Shown here: positions 54,170 through 64,000 of the stretch, piece by piece
Layout: each line of letters opens with the position of its first letter
Position numbering within the stretch: the stretch's first letter is position 1
NCBI GenBank assembly: GCA_964016885.1
Contig: OZ024741.1
Span: 58,652,001 to 58,716,000, forward strand
From: Eledone cirrhosa
Lineage: Eukaryota
Length of the DNA: 64,000 bases
Direction of reading: 5' to 3'
Position numbers and translations under genes: made by a program
The notes under the pieces: model-generated
What the model was told of the DNA's origin: nothing
The model's database searches: none
What the model saw: the letters and a program-made list of their open reading frames with translations, nothing else

Positions 54170-55275
54170 AGATACTAGCTTAACCCCCAAAGTCCTCCCA
54201 TGTCTTAACTTAGCTTGCCTTTACTGTCTCTGCTGCGATTTTTCATGCCTGCTTGTACTACAATTGCAAGAAGGAGGACTTATTTCCAACCCAAACTTTG
54301 TAGGACTCCTTCTTTGCTCGGATATCATCTTTGACCGTTTGATTGAACCATCCTCCTGCCATCTGGCGCCACAACAAGCCTCTTTCACCCGCAGTATTTA
54401 ACAGCTGAAGCAGAAACTGCTGAGATGAACAATCTCCACTTTGTCTCAATGTCCTCAATTTGCTCGAGTAGTTCTCTGAATTTGGATGCAATAGTATCTG
54501 CATGCCTGATCCTGACTTCTTTATTCACAAATGCTTCCCACTATATCCTGTAGCTCGCCCACGACCTGCCAGTTTTGTGGTCTTCTTTGGCTTTAGGTAG
54601 TCTTAAGTTGCAGATAACTAGATGGCAATCAATTGACAACTCAGTCCCTCTCTAAACACGAATATCCAGCACAGAATTAAAGAGATCAGAGACAATAACA
54701 AAATCAATTATTGATATCTGTCCCTGATTCCCCTTATACCATGTATATTTATGGATGTCTCTGTGCTGGAAGGTGTTCATAATAGAGAGTCAATTGCAAG
54801 AACAGAAGTCTATTAAGGCCTCTTCATTCAGTATTCATGCCAAGCCTTCCCTATGGTTATGACTCTTGGGTAATGACCGGAAGAATATGATCACAAATAC
54901 AAGCGACCAAAATGGGGTTCCTCCAAAGGCTCTTTGGAGTTATGTTACTAGATAGAGTGCATAGCTCACAGATCAGGGAATCACTTCAGGTAGAGCTGCT
55001 ACTCAGAATTGAGAGATCACAGCTCCGATACTATGGGCATGTGGTTAGAATGTCTCAGGAAAGAATCGCTGGACAGATTTTACAGACAAAACCAACCAGC
55101 AGGAAACCCATTCGCTTGGGGATCCAGCTGGATCAGTTGGAGACGGTTGCTTCTGACAGGAACTGCTGAAAGGAGTATTTGAGGACTCTTCCCCCATGAC
55201 TCTCTCAGGAATAAGCTGGTGAAGAAGAAGAGTTTTGTCAAATGTGACCCTTGAGGAGAAAGTTTACTCATCCAT
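54170..55275. mobile_element. Second RTE family (Expander/Rex3-like) remnant with inverted 5' part (about 54170-54835 minus, 54836-55275 plus)
   Basis: Minus: APE end (IMNTFQHRDIHKYTWY..SIIDFVIVS..DCHLV) and linker WFNQTVKDDIRAKKESY. Plus: YGYDSWVMT..MGFLQRLFGVMLLDRVHSSQIRESLQVE..IERSQLRYYGHVVRM. Confidence 0.82.
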
Positions 55276-58200
55276 CCTTTATATAAAGTTAACTGTTATT
55301 AATATACTGCATTTTGAGAATTTTTACCTCTATATACAGGTAAAATGCACCCAGTCCTTTCAGTAAATTGGTCATACTAGTGCTTGGATAAAATGCACCC
55401 TGTCCCCTCTCTAAAGTGGTAGTGCTGGTGCTATGATAAAATTCACCAAGTACACTCAGTGAAGTGATGGCGATCTAGCTGTAAAAATGTATGAGCAAGA
55501 TCAGGTTTCTCTAACCCATTTAGTCTCAAGTGTCAACCCATCCAAACCATGGCAGCAGAGTATGTGAATGTAAAATGGTGATGGTGGTGATGATCATGAT
55601 GCAAGTAATTGCAACAAAAGAACTCTGTAATATTGAAATTTCTACATAAAATTCATAAAACTGAAATTTTGCATGTTTATTTCTAATGTTTTGATATTCA
55701 ATTATGCTTGTTTAATTAGGAAATGTGTTTAGGGCTTCTGCAGTTTCTGGCTACCAAATTCCATTAACGAATCATTGCCTGTTGCTATAGAAGACACTGG
55801 CTCAAGATTCCACTCAGTGTGACTGAACCCACTACCACATGGTTATAAACACCTTAACCACACACCCATGTTTGTGCAACACACACACTCACACACACAG
55901 ATATATCATGATTTAATGCATCTTTTCCCTGCTAGCAAGTGTTGGACATGTTATCACAGACCAGGCCAATATTCAAGTGAAGCTACTGACTATATATATA
56001 TATACATATATTTGACAGGCTATAGTAGAAATCACTTGCACAAGGTGCTTTGCAGCAGGAGTGAATCCAGAACTATGTGGTTGCAGGCCATCCTGTGCAT
56101 ATATATATAATATCCGTATGTAAATATACATAAGTTCATGGAACATTTTAATTTTTTTTCAATTATTTCAATTATTTTTTAATATTCAGTTATAGTTGTT
56201 TAATTATGAAATGACTGTGACACAGGATAAAAGTTAAAGCAGACACTTAAATGTGGAAGTATCCTCAAAAAATCAATAGAATATGATCATTACTAAAGCC
56301 ATGAGCAGTCAACAGGATATTGATCTGTAATTTAAGGAGACAGTAAGATAAAATTCCCACTTGCATATGTGTGATATGTGTGCAATAAAATTTATGATGT
56401 ATGGCTTGGTGGTGTAGTGATGCAGCTGTGTGGGTGTGGGAATGGTTTTTGAATTGCAGAAAGAAAATCAATTATGATGATGTAAAAGATATGACAGCTC
56501 AACTCTAGCATCTCTATGATAAGAATAAATATTGCATCAACTGATATTTAAAGCAGTTGTCAAATAGATAGTTGGAACACAATCCAAATGATAGTATATA
56601 TTTTTAAATAGCAATGGATGTACTTCAAGTTAGCTATGAAGTTTCACTCTTTTACTGGTTTCAGTCATTAGACAGTGGTCATGCTGGGGCACCATCTTGA
56701 AGGGATTTAGTTTATCATACTTTCTTTTTTCAGGTCTGGTGCTTTAGGGTTAGAATTTATCAATATCTTCTTTGTTCAACCATTGAATTTTGGAACATGA
56801 ACACCAGACACACTCGCACATCATAATTTTACATCTGCTTTTTCATGCTTGCATGGGTTAGATAGGTCATCTCCAGTACAGCTTGCCTCCAATCATTGCA
56901 TTCCTTCATCATCACCTCAGTGAGGTTCAGCACTTTGAGACCAGCTCTCACCCTTTCTACCCAGTTCTTTAATAGGCCCCACACTGTTGCAAGGCCTGTA
57001 GTCTATTGAAAACTTCTTCCCCTCCTATCAGTAATCTCAGAGGCTCTGAAACATTTCATGGGCATTGTCCCTCTTCCTCTAATTACGTGAAAACATCTTT
57101 GATTAAATTGAAGTAAGATTTCCTGGTTAACTTGCAATATCTTGTAATGATTTAGAAGTAAACCGTTTTAAAAACATGTTTGTTAATTGAAATGTTTGTT
57201 GTATTTTTAATTGCGGACAGATATTTGTAAAAATTTGCAGTATTAGAATAAAGACTTCGGTTTTTAATGTGATGTAGACACAGTCCTGTTTTTTACTTTT
57301 CAATAAATAAACTCTTACTAATGTGGTTTCACATGGTTTGTTAATTCAAATGTTTATAGTACCTTTACTAGAGAAAAAATTGCAGTATCTTAACTACAGT
57401 AAAGAAAGAAGTGCAGGACTGCGTCCAGAATATATATTTTTACCCTGTTTGTAAAATAAGTTGGATTATTTTGAATAAATAATTGTTTCTACTTTTGGCA
57501 CAAGGCCATAAATTACCCAGTGCATTACTGGTACTTTATTTTATCGACCCCGTAAGGATGAAAGGTAAAGTTAACCTCGGCGGGATAAATAATGAATGAA
57601 TATTAAATAATTTATGTGCTAAATTTCGTGGCTATTGATTAAATATATTTTATAATTTATTTAAAGATTCACTTCTTTAAAATGTTCAAATGTTAACACT
57701 TATAAAAATATCGCATATATTTCCGTCGCTAATTTTCTTCTAGTGCAGTTTATATATAATATCGTCTTTTTTTAAATATATCATGGATTACTTTACTGAT
57801 TACAGAAGACAGTGTAACACAGACTTCGTTCAATTTCTGTGTATATTGTCAATTACAATTTTATTTGATGTATCATATCTACATGCATATATAATGTGGT
57901 ACAGGACATTAAAGAGTTTTAATGTTGATATGTTGATGTCATGGTTAGACAGATTTAGATATTTTAATGCATTTATATTTTATTTGGGAATTTAAAACAT
58001 TGAGACAAATAGAGATAAGAACCAGTTTGGCTCAGCAAAGATTAAAATATTCTTTAATTATATATAGTTTTGTTCTGTTTTTTTAGAACTAGCTGCAAGC
58101 ATATATTTCTCTCTAAGAATGCAATTATTTAAAACATTTCTCTGTTCAAGTATATAAGTGAAATTGCAAAATTGCAAAGCTTTTTTTTTTTTCTTTTATT

Positions 58201-60249
58201 AAAAGAATATAGTGAAATAAGTAATAAAATAGGTTAATATTAAATCGTTATTTTTTACATTTCCTCCTAAAGCTCCTTCTCCATGATATCAATAGATAAT
58301 TGCGGAATGGAATGAAATGGACCTCTATCAGTTTTGACAATGAGTGTTCAAGGTGCTCAATCAATAGCCTGCCCATGAAATTAACATGTAAGTGGCTGAG
58401 CATTCCACACACATATGTACCCTTAATGTAATTCTTAACCATTCAAATATGATGTGTCTGCAATTGTAGAGTATAATTTAAAACCTAGGGCATCCAGCCA
58501 GAAAACATTGTCTCAAAAAGGACCTTAGACTGAGTATGAAACCTGTCATGAGGCTAAGCCCTGCTTTAAAAGGGAAATTGGCCTTAAAACATTTGTTGCA
58601 GTAAAGTTACATGCTAGGTTTTCACATAAAATTTCCAAAGAAATATATGTGACATATATACATTTCTTTCCTTGAAAATTTGATGTGAAAACCCAGCATG
58701 TATATGGTGCTGACTGGTGATATACCATAATACTAAAAACCTATCTGCCAGTTCAAGCATTGCAACACTAAAATTAAACCTCGTGAGAAACCAGTATCGA
58801 CAGTGACTGACAATTTAACAGACACACTACAGGGTAAAGAGGACTCTTCAGTCTGGACAAGCATATAGTAGCCTCTCTAGTTCTGGTGCCACAATAAGAT
58901 GCTCCCACTACATCCTGTAATGGCAGTACTGGTGCCATGATAAAATGCACCCAGTACACCCTGAAAAGTGGTTGGAATTAAGGGCATCCAGTTGTAGAAA
59001 CCATGTCATAATATGGAACGTCTAGTTTTGGACAGTCATGCCATCCAACCCATGCCAACAAAGAAAGCAGACGTTAAATGATGATGATGATGATCGAACA
59101 TATTTTGCAATTAAATACAGCACCACAATGCCCAGTGTGTGTGTGTGTAAAAAATATCTATTCTCTTCTGTAGTCTGAAATTCCATACATTGAGAAATAT
59201 TTCCTCACGTAAACACCATGTATTGTTTAAAAAAAAACCTTTTGTGCATGTTAACGTGACTGAGTGTGAAAAGGAGAGAGCAGGCAAGATTCTTTCAACA
59301 CACCTTCAATATAATAGCTCAATTGTTGTGTGTCTGTATAATTGTGCGAGTGTGTGTGTGTTTTCTTCAACTTCACTGTTACACATGAAATAATGTCTGG
59401 CTGTGTCTCTAATATATTATATTTTCATGGACATATGTGAAACTTCAATACAAAAGTTTGCTTTCTGTTTTATTTTTAGTTTCATCACTTGTGATGTCAA
59501 TGCTCACTAACACTGAAACAATGTAAACAAACCAATTGTACAACACTACATTTTTTATTTATCATCAGCTAGTTATTGGCAGTCATTAGGCTGCCTGTCA
59601 GATTAAATGCTCCCATATTTGTTCAAGCTCACTGTGTTGTCCTAAGTTCAAATCCTGCTGAGGTCAACTTTGCCCTTCATCTTTTCAGGATCAATAAAAA
59701 TAGTACCAGTCCAGAGGTGGTTGATTGGTGGAATTGTTAAGAGTCAGATGGGATGTTTTGTGGTATCTGATTCAGCACTTTGTGTTTTGAGTTCAAATCC
59801 TGCTTCCTTATGCCAGGAGTTCCGATCAACAGATAGTATCAACAATGGAAAGACCAATAGTAATATTGTTTCCTTTATCCAACCTGACAATTGGCTCCTT
59901 TACTTTTCTATCATCCAAGAAAACCACCCAGACTATTTTTCGTTGTTGTTATTGCTGAAAAGTTCTTTAAATTCCTCTTTTGTCAGTCAATCTTCATACA
60001 GTCCAAAGTCTCCTTCTTCATTTCTTTTTTGGTTTCACTGTCTGTTCACAAGATGACTGTACAAGGACTCTTAAAAAGAGTATTGTATGGAGGGACAAGA
60101 CTACTTCTGAGCACTTGCATTCCTCTCAAAAATTCAAGGTGGGTGAGAGGGTCTTTTAAGAATTGGCATCAAATATTTGCAGCTGCCTCAAGGCTCTCCA
60201 GGCTCTGGGCTGCTCCTTCTTGTAGGCTTTGACAGCACCAGCTATTTAA

Positions 60250-60559
60250 CACTTCAAACCTTTTGATAGCAAACCACCTGAAACTGTCCTTGGTTCTACA
60301 ATTCTATGCTGTTTATTTTAGTCTTTATACTTTTCATAATTTTATGTTAGAACATTTATGTTCCAAACACCAGCTTTATAATGAGAAAGCTAGCTATATT
60401 AACAAATACTAACCCGACTGCACATGTCAATCTGTTCATGAAAGTAATAAACAGGAGAGGTGACAGTACGCACCCTTGGCAAACTCTGACTCCCATATTG
60501 AATGGTTTTGATTTAACACCATTGTTTTTCATTAGAAATATGATAATGAAGGGGTTAAA
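60250..60559. mobile_element. piggyBac-like MITE family (TTAA-CCCTT termini), many decayed copies
   Basis: Ends aaaccttttgat..gaaggggTTAA, with shared internal motifs ttatgttccaaacaccagctt..aatgagaaag and tttcattagaaatatg. Copies at about 8400-8819, 10815-11123, 11935-12080, 23790-23975, 25330-25575, 25720-25930, 36620-36830, 45160-45550, 47390-47625, 53150-53345 and 60748-60960. Confidence 0.6.
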
Positions 60560-62709
60560 CTAGGCAACAAATTAAGCCTACCATCCACTAACAAGAGCAG
60601 TACAGCTTCCATCATATAGAAATAAATTTCACTTACATGGCTTTGGTCAGCCTGGGGCTATGGAGAAAACACCTAAAGTGCAAAACTGGGAATTAACATG
60701 AAACCACAAAGCTCTTATTTAACAGCTTGGAAAACTGTTTTTTGGTATTAACCCTTTTCGTGCCAACCTGGTCAAAACAGATTTGATTCTATTAAAAAAA
60801 AAACCCATTATAAAAGGTTCCTATTTATGTAAATATCTTCGAACTTGAATTATATAAGAACCATATATTAAGTTACTATGTCATGAAATATTTAATAAGT
60901 TTAATAAATTCCTCAAAATTCTTCATTAATTAATTGAAATAGAATATATTTCATTAGAAACTTTCTTATTGTGGGATTAGAATTAAATTATAATAGCACT
61001 TTGTTGTGTATTTGAAATGATACAGAATTAACCCAGGCATTTCTATGTATTCAATATCATTTCATATGTACATATTAAAATTATCTCCTGGAAATCTTAT
61101 AAATTTTGTTATTTATTCATTCTCTCTGGCTATCTGGGAATGTTACATGCATATGTACATACATATATATACATAAAACATATACACATGTATATCATCA
61201 CCACTGTCCACCACCACCACCATCATCATCATCGTTTTTATGTCCACTTTCCACTCTATTATATTTTTACAATGGGTAATTTATGCAAAATCACACATCT
61301 TGTTTTGACATTATCCCAGAAATTGAGATGCTTTTTTTAAAACCATTATATATAAATCTTGTAAATATCTCCTTGAATTATGACAGAGTATGTAGGTATC
61401 TATTTATGTTTGTGTGGGATTATATATGCATACCATCATCTTCATCATCATACATTTGTTTTTTTCATGCTTGCATGGGTTGGACAGGTCTTTTGCTACA
61501 CAGCTTCCTTCCACTGGTATCTGGCACCCAAATATATCACATCTATGCTATTGCAATCTTTTATACTCACACACACACACACTTTGATTGGTTTCAGTTA
61601 TTAGACTGCGACCGTGCTGGGGCACTGTCTTTAAGGGATTTAGTTAATTAATCAATCCCAGTATGTATTTTCTCAAGTTTGGTAATTATCTTATCAATTT
61701 CATTTTGTCAAACTGCTGAGTTGTGGGACATAGATAAATGGTAAACACACAAGTACATGAACAACCTGATCAAAGACATTTATCTGGACTGTGGCCAGGA
61801 CCTCAAGGTGGTGATGTTAGACTAAGACATGGCAGAGGATCTTTGTCGCTGTGGCCCAGGTTGACACATACAGTTTCTGTCTACCAAATACCATGTGCAT
61901 GACATTGGTCAACCACATGCTATAGTAGAAGCCTGTTGCTTAAAATGTCATGCAGTTGAACTGTACCTGAAACTATATGATTAGGAAATGAACTCTTTAA
62001 CCACATAACCGTATCTGAAGCTGTATACATATATCATTTTTACTTCTGCCTTACTATGTATACACAAAACAAAAAGCATTACCTTAGGTTTCAAGGGCCA
62101 GTTAACATCTCTTGCTACCGTTGATATATGGTCTGGACTCTTCAAGTATCTTGCAAGTAATTTTATATGGGACTCCTTTATCATTTAATTTCCAAACTCT
62201 TTTTGCCAGGACTGTGCTTCTTTCACTAACTGCAGAATTTTCTGTGTGTAATGTCTGCATCATACACAATGGATTTTATATTACATTTCTATTGCAGAAA
62301 GCAGTTCCCCTTAATCCTACAAGAGCAACTTACATTTACATCAAGTTTGTTCTCTGCAATAACTTTAGGTCTCATACACACCACAGGAATAGGATATCTT
62401 CATGGAATTCCGATTGAATATTTTACTGTATCTATGTTACTCTGATTATATGTGAATGGGTTTATATACCCATCAAATACATGTTTCCTTGTGGTCGATT
62501 GGGGGTCCAATTAGATCCAAAAATCGATTAAGGATGTTTATAATTTTTTTTACAATTTACAAGGAAATTCATGTTTACATGCCTACATATTAGATATGTG
62601 TATATACTTATACACATTGGTGCAGTCTCAGTTACTATGTATTTATACAGATTTAACTTTTTCATACACGTTGGCTGCTATCACACTTCTTGCTATATAT
62701 AAATATATC

Positions 62710-62852
62710 TGCCAAGCCGATAATCCATATAAGATGAAACAATTGTCCTCGACAATGGTTAATTAACTGTTGTGGAATCACTGCTACCAAACTTGTCCCA
62801 CGGACTGAGTGCTCTACTACTGCAGATATAACCTACCAGTGTTCTACCACTG
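62710..62852 (+). mobile_element. Same family, copy 3 (decayed core ccgataa..gaaac)
   Basis: gaaacaattg..taactgttgtggaa..ctaccaaacttgtcccacggactgagtgctctactac, followed by tatata. Confidence 0.65.
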
Positions 62853-62889
62853 TATATATATACATACTTTTTCTGAAGTGAAAGGTGAA

Positions 62890-63030
62890 GGCGCATGGCT
62901 TAGTGGGGTTAGAGCATTGGGCTTGCAATCGAATGGTTGTGAGTTCAATTCTCGGACCGGGTGATGTTGTTTCCTTGAGCAAGACACTTTATTTCACGTT
63001 GCTCCAGTTTACTCAGCTGTAGAAATGAGA
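62890..63030 (+). mobile_element. tRNA-derived SINE, second family (tccttgagcaagacacttta core)
   Basis: A box tggcttagtgg and B box gagttcaattc, then the core. Relatives at 44930-45055(-) and 28315-28430(+), and a body fragment at 7325-7565(+). Confidence 0.75.
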
Positions 63031-63149
63031 TGATAGGACTGGAGTGTCAATCATTAAATTACCCAAGACACCTCCAACAAGATACCTTGGAGGAGGCCAG
63101 GTGTGATCTGTCACACACACACACTTTTCCTATATATATATATATATAT

Positions 63150-64000
63150 ATATATTTTACTCAACGCCTACGACAGTAAAGAAGAACAGATAGAGACATT
63201 CAATGTAGAAGAGCACTGGGAGTTCCTAAAAAATAACTTACTAGAGGCGACGGATGAGATCTGTGGCTGGAGTAAGACCACAAGCAGGAGGAGAGTGACT
63301 TGGTGGTGGAACAATAAGGTAGATGAGGCAGTTAAGGCCAAGAGACAGGCATGGAAAGAATGGAAGAATGGGGGAAGCAGGGTACATTACATAGAGACCA
63401 AGAGGGAAGCTAGGCGACAAGTATACTTAGCTAGGAGGGAAGCAGAGGATAGAAAATTCAAGCATGTTTTGCAACGTGAGGACCAGAAACAGGAGGTGTT
63501 CAAGATTGTGAGGCAGTGTGTCAGAGAGAATTGTGATGTCATTGGAGAGAAGTGTATCCGGAATGATAAAGGTGAGCTTGCCCTCACAAGTGCTGAGAAG
63601 AAAGATGCATGGAAGAGCCATTATGATAGATTACTAAATGAGGAGAATGCATGGGAAGAAGAGACCCTACCCCAAGTATACCCTATAGTGGGGCCAGCAG
63701 TACAAGTCAGCAGCAGTGTAGTAAGTAAGGCAATCAAAGATATGAAGATGGGGAAGGCAACCGGTCCATCGGGTATAGCTGCCGAGATGCTGAAGGCATC
63801 TGGGTCTGTAGGTCACACTATAACCACACGTATTGTTAACCAGGTAATACTAGAAGGTGTCATACCAAAAGATTGGTGCAGTAGCATCATTGTCAACTGC
63901 TACAAAGGTAAAGGCGATGCACTAGATTGAGGAAACTATAGAGGTATAAAGCTGATGGACCAGGTCATGAAAGTAACAGAAAGAGTTATAGCACAGTTGA
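63150..64000 (+). mobile_element. 5'-truncated RTE LINE copy of the same family, running off the window end
   Basis: ORF 63103-63930 aligns by eye with 19830-20600 (WWWNNKV, GKATGPSGIAAEMLK, CYKGKGDALD). TGA at 63928 replaces R in DRGNYRG, consistent with CpG decay. It begins right after a (TA)n tract. Confidence 0.92.

Noticed and set aside
59830-60235. Possible non-LTR coding remnant on the minus strand
   Set aside because: Too decayed, with no diagnostic motif I can name.
62298-62445. Acceptor-like ttgcAG followed by KQFPLI.., as a possible next RXYLT1 exon (also 44498 onward)
   Set aside because: No YxCNFLGT-like conservation and no clear donor.

Overview
Eukaryotic, AT-rich and repeat-saturated genomic DNA. 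The SINE/LINE families and (TA)n/(GAT)n microsatellite load look like a cephalopod, probably Octopus (inference from pattern recall, not a search). I can support only one host coding exon: a 306-nt, phase 2-2 exon of ribitol-phosphate xylosyltransferase RXYLT1/TMEM5 (27881-28186, +), apparently between very long introns. The rest is mobile DNA: a near-full-length but dead RTE LINE with a PHD finger inside its RT region (19035-22384), other RTE copies (two with 5' inversions), R4/Dong-like and CRE-like RLE LINE remnants, a Helitron, piggyBac-type MITEs, several tRNA-derived SINE families and large microsatellites. The most interesting signal is about 9 short Penelope-like termini carrying complete or decayed hammerhead ribozyme motifs, several folded back as hairpins and sitting next to (TA)n tracts. 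In one of them (26921-27064) the whole 40-nt loop between 52-bp inverted arms is a 38/40 copy of the RXYLT1 exon 1084 bp downstream. Most ORFs in the supplied track are microsatellite or antisense-TE artefacts. Repeat boundaries were placed by eye and are approximate.
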